This document shows, one piece after another, positions 13,311-26,200 of a stretch of DNA of 64,000 nucleotides (positions are counted from its first letter, which is position 1; each line of letters begins with the position of its first letter). A model generated the notes under the pieces. It did no database searches and was not told where the DNA came from. It saw only the letters and a list, made by a program, of their open reading frames with translations. Where the stretch lies: contig CM082587.2 of NCBI GenBank assembly GCA_040954595.2, forward strand, positions 8,251,403 to 8,315,402, in the 5' to 3' direction. The translations under genes and the position numbers were made by a program. The stretch comes from Balanoglossus misakiensis. Its lineage: Eukaryota > Animalia > Hemichordata.

Positions 13311-15143
13311 AAAGCCATTTACAGGTCGACCAAATTCTCACCATTCCCCCATTGCCAATATGTTAACCTCTTCCCTATTTTTGATGAAATGCCTGTAGTA
13401 TGATGTACATTATCTAACAATAGAAATTCTTAAAATTCTTATATATATACATTTAAATTTACAGATGAAGTCTACAATAGATGTACTCAGTCTGCCATCA
13501 CCTGTGGCAGCTCTATAAGATACGACAAACAGACGCCCTGCAATATTATACAATGTACCTTGCTTATTTGAACAGCGCCCTCTATGATCAATTGAACTAC
13601 AACTGACAGGCAGACAGATTATTGTCACAAAGCCAAAAGGGCAACATCACCATTTTATTATTGTACATACTACATCTTAGTGACGTCTTTTGATCCAAAT
13701 TTGACAGCAGCAGAAAGAATTTTTCTCTTCACCTTTTCACCTCTTATATCACACTACATCTATTTGTACATTCTTTGACAGGTATGGAATTTTCGAGGAA
13801 AGTTAAACATTACAAAAAGCCTGAAAAGCTGATGAAAATGATGTCCATGCTGTAATGATGTTGGCTTAGTTGCTCTTGAGACAACACTGCTGTTTCAATA
13901 ATTTGTTCAGTTTGAGTGCATTAACACTACCATTTATCAACCTATGTGAACTGTAACTGACCTGAGCTATCGCCATCACATGGTAATGTGTACTGCCACT
14001 GTCACAAGGGCCTAGAGTACATCGTCAATTTAACAGTACTATCCCCGAATGTGTAATTACAACCAAGCCCTTGCTTGGCTTTTCAAGGGTCATTAGATGT
14101 GACATTTGACAAATTTCAGTGCTACTACAGATTTTGTTTGTCCACAAAACATACATGTTTCCAGATCTATTTTTTATACAAATATTATAAAAGTTCTGAA
14201 AAAAATATCAAATGTTATTTTTTCAGTCCCATTGCATTTTGTTTCAGTCAGGAAGTTATGCATGCCATTCTGAGCACTGACACAGACTGACCTGTCAATC
14301 ATTGGAGATCTGTCTGCTGGATGTACACATGTACAGCAGAGATGGAAGGACTTGTACCACCACACACATACACAACTCTATTGCATGCTTGGTTGGACCA
14401 GGGAAACAAAGGTGAAAGGTTAAAGATGACATCATCAGTACCAAGATGACGGAACGGTTTAATTACATATTCATAATTATTACCATGATATTGGATCATC
14501 TCACCACACAAATTGATGTGCATGGATGTATATTGTTTTTGTGTCAAATTTGAATGATATTAGTCCAAAAATGGCCCCAGACATAAAAACATAATAAATT
14601 TATTGGATTATGATGCAACGAAAATCAACATGCACATATATGCACGTCATTATTCATTTCCTTCAATTTACTGCAGGTAATATGACTGAGGAATTACCCT
14701 GGATATCAGAAGTTCACAACAATCCATGGGGACTAAATATGTTGTAAAATGTAATAGTTTCAATGCCTAACATACGCATGGAAGCCCTTCACTGCATTAG
14801 CAGACAGCCGTCGCGTGTTTGCAGTGACTCTGAGGTCAATCCATTACAACTCCAATGAATGCACGACAGACATAAACTGTCACTGCCAGCAATCACAAAC
14901 GACACCGAGATAGCCGACAACAAATGCAGAAATCGTGCAATGGAGGCTGTCGTTGGCTTTTGATGCACTCGGATAAAATGGGTGTATGATTATACTGACA
15001 TCTCTTGTGATGTCGGGTGAGGGGCCACTGCGAGCGATCGCTGTTTCTCATTGCAAGTTTCTTGGTATGGCGAGTCAGTCAGTCCAAAAGAAAATTTTTA
15101 AACTGGGAAAACAACATTTGAAATTAAATTAAAATCATACAGC

Positions 15144-15236
15144 TTAAACCCTTTCACCACCATGGTTTGCTCCATATCCACTGTTTTCGATGGTAAACCT
15201 CGACCTCTATAGAGGGAACTGGGGATGAAAAGGTAA
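15144..15236. mobile_element. Short piggyBac-like MITE family F copy (about 90 bp)
   Basis: TTAAACCCTTTCACCACCATGG ... GGGAACTGGGGATGAAAAGGT; similar to 62069-62162 and 50415-50511. Confidence 0.65.
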
Positions 15237-18006
15237 ATTATTGTATATATACAACAGAATAGGAAACATCAATGAATTACATTGGAATATTTTAACAATT
15301 TACAAAATGTGAAAAACATTATAGCAGATTCTCCTTTAATTCAACTGTACCACTGATGTAAACAGTAAAATGCTTTGGACCAAACCAATCAGGCATATGA
15401 GAAATTTGACCAAAGTAAGCATAATTGGGCTAATATTAGTGGCATTCAGACTTATTTAAAAACAAAAAATATTTTCATATTTGAGCCAAACAAATAAGGT
15501 TGCATGTGGACAAACTTTCAAAAAAAAGGCCATCAAATACAGCAGCAGATTCAAGTCCCCAATTATTTTAACTTGAATTCAACTGGGTAAACAAGAAAAC
15601 TTTTCTGGAGTAGACTGTATCAGTCCTTTCACTTTCTCTCTGTTCATTGATGATCTCTGCTCTTTGCAAAATCTCACTGAACATCGCTTACGTACTGTAA
15701 TATAACAATGGAGCTTGATTTAAAATCATTACAATCTTGTTGAATCCATTTTCACTTTAAAGCTCACACACTCATGACAGGAAACTTCCGGAAATATTTT
15801 TAGAATGGTACAAAACATGATAAATTATGTAATTTCAGACAGGAAACGGACACCACTATTCATATCAAAGCATCAATTTGAATTTTATTTTGATATATGT
15901 GTGGAACTCAGACAGACATTACGACTAGCGGCAAAACGAAAGCTATCAAATGTCATATCCGACAGAGGGTCTTTTGTATCTGATACTTGTACCTTCACAA
16001 TACGAACGACAAGTGTCTGTGGAGTTCCTCACATTAATGATAAATAATCCGTAAGAGCTGAAAAGCAATACTGAGGAACTGGAAGCCATTAAGTCATTGT
16101 ACTCACAACCACAGGCAATCCTTTTACATTGCAGTAATTACACACTCTGCTATAAGGTTTTTAGACCATACAGGGGTTTCATTAAATTTTGCAGTTGGAG
16201 TTAATTTGCTAAAGCAGGTGGCTAAGTGCATTTCACCGTTGCATTTGCAGATGGTAACAGCATTTAGTTGCTATAGGGACAGCACACTAGTCTAACTAGA
16301 GAAACTGAAGCCTGCTCTCAACTTGCCACCTGCAGGCAATCTATTAAGCTATGAACCTGGAGTTAAAAGGTCTATTATCATTATTATACAAATACACGTA
16401 TTGATAATAAATTTTCTGGTTTGAGAGGGAAAAGTGGGTGCAAGGGTCACTCAAAATTACTGTGTTAGAAAGGGGTGGAGGGCTACTCATATTTCTCATA
16501 CTTGGTACAGGGGAGTTTCTAGTGTAATTCCTTTGACCTCCCCCAGGCTGTAAATAATGGTGGCACCCTTATACACAGTATTCCTTAAACGGCTGGGCCA
16601 GGTTATCGTATAGTATTGTGAACGCTTATGGCAAATACAATCATTTTGGAAATGGCTGTCTCTGATGGACTTCAAGAGAACACCAGGACATCACAATTCT
16701 CCATGTGTGGTGTTAACCATAGCCTGCGAACAGTTTCAAGTATTTAAAATATCTTTTTTTAAATATCCGAACCAGTATGAAGTTGATAATACAGTACATG
16801 TACAACACTTCAGGACAGCCAACATTGTTATTCAGTTTAATTTCTAATCATGTGAGGCTCGACAATATATTCAGATTTGTAGACACCAAGTCTATCTGCA
16901 CGGCTATAGATTAGATTCTTGACTAAAACTTTGCAGTCTGTGTTGACAAACATGATACTAACCATTTCTAACACTGATTGTGGAGTTGAACAACAAGAAA
17001 CTTTTTTTTTAAAGTCAAAAGGTACTCTAATGTCGTTACGAAAAGTCTGAATGCACTGTTTCTTATTGCCATCGGCACTATCGACTTTTTTCAAAGACAC
17101 ACGATCACTCTCAACTATTTTTCCGGGCATCGCGTTATTGAAACATTCCATCAAATGCTCCGTGTGTGAGAGGAAACAGCCACTGTACCTTGCAACACAT
17201 TATTAACTCACAATGCATGACTGAATTTTAATGTAATAGTTTAAAATGGCAAATCTTTAAGGCTTGGAATATCCACACAGGGTTTTGAAATATTTACGTC
17301 AGCTGTAACATGAAAAGGAAATCTAATTCTGAAAATGTAAATTGTCACGAAGTGATCATAGGCACCAAAAGTGTAATAATATCTTGGGAAAAAATACACC
17401 ACATAATGAGATTTGTCATGTTTGACAATGCAAGTGTCTTGAAGTTGTGATGCAATTACATGTCAAATATTCTTTTCATTACAATCTCATTATACCGACA
17501 CATTGTGCAGTACTTTAATCAACTAATTCATATTCTTACCAGAGTGACATATATGCATATTACCCATAATCTATTTTCTGCATGGCTAATATGTTCTCAA
17601 AGCAAATTCACAGGCTAAAAGAAACTAGCATCAATGACATTTTGGTCTCAGTGGATCAGAATTGATAAATATAAATGTGTAACTTCAAGTATATTTTTAG
17701 ACTCATATTGATTGACATCAACTTCAAAATCAGAGAGTCTTCATGAGAAATGTATGCATTCATTGATGATGTACATGTACTGCCAGTTTTGAATAAACTA
17801 AAATAAGAACATGCCAAGGACCCTTTAAACCAAATTTGAAAGTTATTTCATCTGCCATTTTTGAGGATATTTCTTTGACCAATAATGACAAAAACGTCCC
17901 CAGAAATACACAACTGTACTACTAATTCTGTTATAAATTGGACAAATCATTGTTGATGACACAGTCCCAGTTGGGTGAATTTTTTATGAAAGACAAGAAA
18001 AAGTCA

Positions 18007-18170
18007 ATGTAAAAGTCATTTTATAAGTCGCACCCCTTCTTTGAACGACTTGTGTGGGAGGAGATTTTAAGGAAATGAATACAACAGAACATTGGTATTA
18101 TAAGTCGCACCCCCTTTTCGGCACACACTGTCACTCAAAAAAGGCGCGTCTTATAAAATGACTTTAACGG
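18007..18170. mobile_element. Tc2-like MITE, degenerate
   Basis: Left GTAAAAGTCATTTTATAAGTCGCACC versus the reverse complement of the right end, CCGTTAAAGTCATTTTATAAGACGCGCC; internal repeat TATAAGTCGCACCCC. Confidence 0.7.
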
Positions 18171-18451
18171 GGTACTATAAATTATCACTTGGCAGCTTAG
18201 AGATATAACTAAAGAAATAGCAACCATAACCTTAGTTGTGTTTTTCAGTATTTTTGCTTGGTATTTATTTAAACAGCTTTTTTTTTAAAGCTACTTCAAA
18301 AAGAAACATGTGAAAATGCAGTGTATATTTTGAGAGTAACTTTGAACATTGTGGCTGTTAGACAGAGATATCACCCCAAACCTAAGCTGCCAGTCATCTG
18401 ACAACCAATCACCGTAAAAGTGTAATGATAATAATGATATGTGTGGCTTAC

Positions 18452-18709
18452 CATTGGCTATTGTCTTTTCTTGTGGCATTGTTGTAAATGAAACTGTTTT
18501 CTTGCGTGGTGACCGCCTCCTACTGTTGTCCTTTATTAAACTCGACCTTCTCGGAAGAGCACAGTCACAATCAGGTACAACCAGATTATTGCTTTCTGAG
18601 GCCACCACATCACCATTCTGATTGGCTGTGTCGTCGCTCCCATCGTCCGTGCCGTTCTGTGACAACTGCTCAGCCGAACTGATTGTGATGTTTGGCTGCA
18701 TTCTGTAGC
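18452..18709 (-). CDS. PLCL: N-terminal coding exon of an inactive phospholipase C-like protein (PLCL1/PLCL2, PRIP) homolog; likely ATG at 18701
   Basis: Translation LPRRSSLIKDNSRRRSPRKKTVSFTTMPQEKTIAN matches vertebrate PLCL1/2 (PRRSSIIKD...RKKTVSFSSMPSEKKISS). Acceptor ttttttacttgcag|G at 18710/18709 and donor G|gtaagc at 18452/18451. Downstream PH/EF/X-Y/C2 exons are not seen in 1-18 kb, so they lie left of the window. Confidence 0.88.
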
Positions 18710-18785
18710 CTGCAAGTAAAAAAAAATATCACAGTTCGATTTTTGTGGGTCACTTAAATACAGACTGAAAGATGCACTGTTGAAG

Positions 18786-18910
18786 TACTGTAAAATTTTT
18801 GCGAACGATACACGACAGCCAAAAAAACGGCAAAATAAAAAGTTGCATAAAACAAATTTCCGAAGATAATGGTGCAGTGGAATACAAGAAATATCACGAA
18901 AATTTACAGT
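18786..18910. mobile_element. MITE family A, degenerate copy next to the PLCL acceptor
   Basis: TACTGTAAAATTTTTGCGAAC ... CACGAAAATTTACAGT; interior resembles the 7682 copy. Confidence 0.6.
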
Positions 18911-21106
18911 GTACAGTGTACTCTCCCACGACAATACACATCTAAAAAATTCAATAGGTCAACAGCAACCGAGTGATGTGATTCAAATGATAAATTCATG
19001 TGGCAAGTTCTCAAGAGATATGAATAATGCACACATCACCACTTTCACTCTGGGAGCATTCTCAACTCTGTCGTGAGACAGTAGTCACAGCAACAGCATG
19101 CCAGTAAACAACAGAAAAATCCTTGAGATGCGGTCACCCACACATTCTTTGCTAGAATTACATGGCTTCTTCAGTATATGTGGGGCTTACAGAATACCAC
19201 AATAAGTGAGATTGTATTGCAGAGTCGGCCTACTGCAGCAAAACAATCACCATAGAAACAGCGGCTACAAGACACCAGTAGAAATAATCGAGAATGCATC
19301 TCTGTGAAATTGAAGCTTGGTGCTTCCTGAAGGCATCTAATATTTGAAGCGACACTTATAAACATTTTTACCAAGTTTGGTGCAGAGAAAAAAAAAGTAC
19401 ATTATGAATTCTCTGTCAAATAAGTGCTGGGTACACCAGCTGCTATATATGCTTGCAACTTTTTACTACAAGACACATACAGACCAAACCAAATTTGAGT
19501 ATACCCCTGGGAGCATACCCTAGATAACCCTTTGACCTTGGATTGGAGCGCCCTCTGTGGAGTAGCCAAGATATCAAATGTGATAAAAACATGTCCTCAA
19601 AGTACTTTCACAAGTGAAAATGTTTTAAGTGTAAGCACCTATCATGAGTGGAAATAACTTTATTATCAAAGAAAATGATGCAATAAGGTTATTATTATTG
19701 TAAAATCACATCTTCCTTCAAATTTTGATGACAACTGAACTTACAGCTCTTGAGTCTAATATTTGTTTAGTTTTATGATCCAAATCCATGATTTACTGAT
19801 GATATAATCTTCGGAAAACCTCTGATTGGTCAAACAGTATATTCTTTTGTTATGGAAACTGAACTCGTAGACAGTAAAACAAAACTGGACCATGTCACTG
19901 GAGATTCTAATTCATGACTTGTAAGATTACATTTGGAAATAAGAGAAATGCAATAAAAAGCAAAGATTTATTGCAAATTTTAGTTTCCTGCATGTACCAT
20001 AATAACATTGCTGGCAATGTTAAAAGTCATAGGCAGGAAGACTTTCAAGACATGAGCAGATTTTATTTGCACAATGTCATCAATACAGAATTTATCTCCT
20101 TCATCGCAGGGAGTTCAAACATTTCTACATGTACTGACTCTAGGAGTTCACATACAAACCAGAAATAAAGAAATACCCATGAGATAAAATCACATAAAAC
20201 ATTTACAGGCCCAAATATGTATGTATGAGAAGATATCCTCCCCAGATCTTCATCTATAGATAGTTGTTTACTGAACTGAAGACAGACATCCCAGAGGTAA
20301 GTGAGTAAAGTCATAAGTTACTTGGGCTTTGAGATGTTGACACAGCTGAAATCACTGGGGTTGAGAACTCGATCAACACTCAGATGATAATGCTGTGAGG
20401 TACAAACTAGGTAACAGAAATGTTGATGTGTTTTCAATTATATTTCCACACTTATTAGAATCAGGAGAGACAACATAACACAAGATCTCTACTCCTGAAA
20501 TGCAATTCTTAATCTCTGAATAATGTATAGGTATTGCACATAATACTTTGATTATAAAAAGATCACCACATATGTCACACACAAACACCATGAATCTATC
20601 AGCTACCGGCATGTAATACTTTTAATCAATGTAGACTGACTGATTATTGTTTTACAGACTGGGTGCTGGGGGCTTCTTGTTTGTCTGTCTGTCATGGGTT
20701 CCTACATACAACACGTTTCCACAAGAAAATTCTCCCTGTTTCGGACAGATTGAAAGAAAGAAAGCAATTATGATTTCTAATTAATATAATTCATTAGCGT
20801 AACAAACCTATAAATCAATCCAATCATTAGCTCATCCCTCCAATTGCCATGACGATTAATCAATCCACTGGGATTTTAGAGAAAATTATGCAAGAAATTT
20901 AATTTTCCAAATGAAAACAAATCTTTGTAAATGACATTGTTTCTGCTGGATTAACAGATTAAGAAAACACAGGAGTTTAAAGCTCCATTAGCCGTAATTT
21001 GTGGCTATGTTTTCAGTATTTATGTTTTGTGTATCTACTGCAGTTTCTTGTTTAAATTCCTGAAACATGATGAAATGCCCAGCATTTAGCTCATCACTAC
21101 AACATA

Positions 21107-21727
21107 CCGTAGTTGCCCGGGTAAGAACCCCTGCTCGGACAAACGCCCCCCCCCTGGTTTTAGGGCCCATATGTAGATCGAGGCCATATCCGGTCTAAAG
21201 CCCCCCCCCCCCCCCCCCCCCCCCGGCCGAATATCCATTAAATTCTTGGAAATTTAATAAAGTGCAATGCAAAAAAGGCGGATTTTCATCCCCAAAGTCA
21301 CTAAAAGTGAAAAAAAAAAAGTATGATGATTTACTTTCGCGCTGATTATCGTACCCACCGCGGCCGACTGGCCACGCCGAGTTATATATAGCCGCTCTAG
21401 AAAACATGACCTCAGACAGGTCCCTCGGGACTGTGCTTCGAATTCAACGATCACGTAGATGGACGCGCTGCCGCGTGTGAGGTCACCGGGGAGCTTTCCA
21501 AAGCGGCCGCGTGGAGCTGCTTCAGTCCGTCCTCGACGCGAAACACCCAACATTGGAAGATCCCGACTTGGACTCGGAGAATGAACCACTCAAAAATTTG
21601 CATAAAAGTCGAGGTGGCCATCCCTCATTTGCATAAATCTCGAGGCCATATCCGGGCTAAAGCCCCCCCCTGTTTTTTCGCTAATCTGTTGGCCCAGCAC
21701 CCGGGGCTCTTACCCGGGCAACTACGG
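21107..21727. mobile_element. GC-rich Tc2/pogo-like non-autonomous transposon (621 bp)
   Basis: TIR CCGTAGTTGCCCGGGTAAGA(A/G)CCCC, 24 of 25 matching, with TA on both sides; internal direct repeat TCGAGGCCATATCCGG(T/G)CTAAAGCCCCCCC near 21178 and 21639; CpG-rich, so probably young. Confidence 0.85.
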
Positions 21728-21894
21728 TATATGTGAACAGTCCGCATGTACAAAATTTGAATTCAAGTCCGGACTCAAATTCATTTGTCAATGATAACAA
21801 TGGCCATTACATATATATACATGTATATGCAGGCTATGATGACAAGCAGAGTACTGAGTATACATGTATAAGCATGTTTTTTGGAGTAGAGTAG

Positions 21895-21963
21895 GAAATT
21901 TCATTTGGTACACAGAACAAAAAGACTGAAAATAAAGCCAATATGCAGATAATGTCCCTTTAA
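21895..21963 (-). mobile_element. Kolobok-like terminal fragment shared with 2773-2840
   Basis: Reverse complement TTAAAGGGACATTATCTGCATATTGGCTTTATTTTCAGT resembles AAGGGACATTAGCTGTAACTTTTGGCTTTATTTTCAGT at 2773. Confidence 0.5.
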
Positions 21964-23187
21964 AGTTATGGTGGAATCGCTGTCGCAATTTATCTGACAT
22001 ACCTTGACTGACTATTCAACCACAGTCGTGTAAACAGGGTAAGGATATAACCATAGTGACTGACAATTCAAAATATACTTTAGTAAAATAAACAAGTAAA
22101 ACATCATACATTGAATAAAATTCCAAAAAAAACAGCAAAATCTAATACAATTGTAAACCCACCCAGGCACGTCTGCACTGGATTTTAATACTCCTGGCAT
22201 TACCAATTCCGGTGACAGGAGTGGACCAGTGTCTCAGCTGGCAGACCCGTTTGGAGTCATTTCAGATTTATCCTAATCAAGTAAATGAAGACTGCAAATG
22301 AAATAATGTGGTCGCACTTACAGGCATTCAATTACATTTCACTCTCTGCGTGTTTCAAGTCAAAAAACTTCAAAAGCATAACACTCACCATGATCCAATT
22401 TAAGTCGGGTCAAAGTGACAGCTCTAATGCCAATTTATTTGCCATATTTATTACTCTTTGTACTTACATTCAATATGGATGTCACGGTATTCATGGCATT
22501 TTTTTGATAAAAGGGGCATGGTCACCACCTTTTGACCATTATTTTAATTATCTTTCACGTTTTAAATATGAAATGACACTTATCTTTCGAATTACCAATC
22601 ATAGTGACTTTGAAATGATTACACCTTTGATACAGGTACTATATTTTTACAGTCCAATTCATTACATACATTGTATGATTTTACATCAAAATTTACTATT
22701 TATGTCTAATTTTTACTTTTTAACACATTACATCCAATAAGTTTGTTGTTAGAAAACTATAATATGCCATTTTCTATGATTCATAGTGATCAATTTTGCG
22801 TATGCATTCCATGTTGGTTGCAGAATCATTAATTTCCCTCAATTTTTGTCTCCAATCGGCCATGAAACTTATTGAAAGCGCTTGTTAATCAATTTTATAG
22901 TATCTCGTATGAAACAAAACACTATAAATTACACAAATTTGTTCCTCAAATGTGCAAACTGCGTGAGCTGTTCATATGTCTTCATAAATCATTGTTTTTC
23001 TTCACAGAATTTATCCTGTCAATACTACGAACACTAGTAACTTCATTTAATGTAAAATTGCAATAATCTGAATAATATTACAATATCTGGATAATCACTC
23101 TACAAATGCATATCAGTAAAATGACTGTGTTTTTCAAGTGATACACAGAAGACAAAAATGCTCACATCACTTACAAAGGTGCTGTTG

Positions 23188-23188
23188 C

Positions 23189-23219
<31 letters not shown>
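23188..23219. repeat. (CAGA)n microsatellite
   Basis: Tandem cagacagacaga seen directly. Confidence 0.85.
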
Positions 23220-26200
23220 ACCACAAAGTACTGTCCCCATTCTCGACTCAGTATGTGAGATTAACCATCAGTCAATCAGTCTCAGACACTCTTACTGTAA
23301 TCAGTGGCAGGCAAGATTGTCAGATTCCAAGAGATTCTACTTCAATCAGCGTCTGCATACCGGTACTGATTCTACTCATCAAAATCTCTGACAGGACGTT
23401 CAAAGTTCAGCCATTGATGGCAGATCTCAACTATACATCATTTTCTATTTCATACTTATTTGTACAACATTCTTAGTTCTAGATCAGGTTTGGGAATTAT
23501 ACAGGCTTAATTAACCCTTGGAATTGGTCATAAGTGTCACCATAAAATCACAACAATGTATTAAATTTGCTTTTCATTAGTTTTCTCATTTCTTCAAATG
23601 TTAAAGTAAACAGTTTTTCTTTGTTGTGAATCTACATAAAGTGAGTTTTTGGTTAAATACAAGACAGATTCAAACGATGCAAATGATCGCAAAAGTCCTT
23701 TTCACAAGCTTGATAGACTTTTCAAGGCTGCCTTTTATTGATTGTAACAATTTGCTCTTAAAGAGAACAGCAATTTATTTTTTGGTCATTTAGTGCTTTA
23801 ACCTTCAAACAATTAAACGGTTGGTGGTGACCTCAGATCACAGCATGAAGCCCATTTTAATCTGCATTGTGAAGAAAACAATACCTCTGCATTCAGACTA
23901 TGTTACTGTGTCCTCTCTGTCGTTATTGAAAACACTGAATGTTGAATGTTTTCGTGGCACTGCGGTAAAATAAAATCAATTCTGAGTGGGCAGTGATGTA
24001 CAGTCCAAACTATTAGAACCAGCTGAAAGAAAAGCCAAGCGCATTAAGCAATCTATAGAGAAGAAACAATCTATCAATCATTGGCATGTGTACTGTCTGT
24101 GTCCACTCCACACTGGCATCCCTAACTGTCTGGCGCGATGGCATATTTGAACACAGCATTGCAAGGTACAGCACTCCAAGGTACATCTAACGTCACACAT
24201 TCATATTCACAGGCACATCTCCATTTCCAAAAACTGCTGACTGGCAGCCATACTCGACGCTCGGCCTTAGCTTTTGGAACTAACTGGATTCACATTATCT
24301 TAGGATATCTTATCCCTTCACTGAACTACTCAATACATCTCAATACATCTCTCTTGGAAATGGAAGTATGGAACCAAATGGAGGTTTGCGATAAATGTCT
24401 AGCCATCATACCTACAGACCCCCCCCCCAAAAAAAAAAAAAAAAAAAAAAAAATCAGTAATTTCGTATCCAAGTTGCTATGCATTTGAAAAGTTGCTGTC
24501 GTTTGAAAACAAGATGTACATTTTAATGGTGGTACAACAAAACAGCCTTCCGGTATAAAAATTAAAATTTTTTTGTTCTTCGATTCAGATGATGATTAGC
24601 TACAGCTAGGACTAGGCTAGATGATGATATACATGTACTACAATGTAACTAGCAACTACTGGTTGACTTCACACAAGGCCGGTCACAAACTATTAAAATA
24701 TATTGTATACATCTTGACGTATCCATGATTCAATATAAAACTAATCAAAAATCCATGGTATTATCACCTATTACAAATGACACTGTGCACTATTTAACTT
24801 TCCATTCAATTTGCTCTGTCAGATTTGTGCATGATGAAAACTACACACCAGGACTGCTCCATCAAGCTGTGTGCCTCGTAAGAGATGAATTTGTCACAGA
24901 TAAACACGAAAGCAATTTCCCATCAAAGTCAATTTCATGCCCAGAATCCGATCTGCCTTTCTGTAATGATCTCACTGAAAGATAATAGGCTACACACAAA
25001 CACTGCAAAGTGCCAGGAATTGGATCAAACTACAAATCTATCTATTAATGGATTGCTCTTCTATGAAATCTGTTTTTCTTTCTCCTCTGATAACACTGAC
25101 AGCATCGGTTTTCAGGACAACCTGAGTTTTCTCTGCATCGATGTATCACTTTAAGCCAAATCAAGATACAATTTCCAATTTATACAAAGGTTAAATTAAT
25201 AGTCTAAGATAATGACACCTATACAGTTTCAATCTGTTTTCTTGATGTCAATAATTGAAATTTAATTGACAAATACATAAGGAGACTTATAATTATAAGC
25301 CTCTCTACTAACGATTGCCACATTCATGCATACTGGGTTGGGGGGGGGGGGGGGTATGCATGTGCCAAATCTGCTAATTGCTAATACATGTATGAACTCT
25401 AATCATGCATTTTCTTCTAAAATCTCACACTGAAAAAAAGTGAGGTTTCCTAAAATCCTCAACTCTACATGTATTTGTGAATGAATGCAAACTAAAAACA
25501 TCAAATTGTTATTTGGAACTCTTTGGGGGAAAGGTGAAAATAATGAGGTTCATATCAGTTATACACCAGACTTTATACACAGATGTACATTTTACACTGG
25601 TCCAAAATAAACGTGTTATGTGGACTAGCACCAGACTAATTTGGCCCACTAGGAAGGGTGTAAGAATCACGTCTGACTTAATTTGTGTATGGACGCACGA
25701 CGGAGGCCCTTTTGGCGCCACGCACCACTTATTTCTCCACTGCAGACTGTCCTGGATGCTCATCCAAGAGATGTTGAAGATGTCTCCACAGGTTAAATGA
25801 TCATTAGCTGACTGTCATATCATTATCAGCCCTTTTTTTGTGTAGAACTGCACAAAAAGTCTGCACAGTAGAAACCGGCCTAACATACATGTAGCTCTGA
25901 TTCAAAAAATAAATTTCTTATAACTTTGATAGGTCATAGGTAACAATGCACTGTATTTACGCTGGTTCAAATTCAGTTATGATCAAATATGGCCAAATCT
26001 ATTTTTCAGCAAGGATTATTATACACAGGTGTCTTGGTCTGATTTGGACAATGTGAATGACATTGAATTCTTCAATGAGAAATTTTTCACTGCCATTGTT
26101 TCTCTTCATGGTTGCGAATTTATTTTCTTCCAAAAAACAGACATATAGTTTATGCACTTCAGATACAAAAGAACTGACAAATGATAGAAATTCTCTTCCT

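Noticed and set aside
18291-18451. Continuation of the 136-aa ORF (GKPHISLL...) as PLCL coding sequence
   Set aside because: Similarity stops at a consensus donor G|GTAAGC; the remainder is intron read-through.
21254-21589. 111-aa GC-rich ORF as a transposase
   Set aside because: No DDE or HTH motifs; explained by the high GC inside the MITE.
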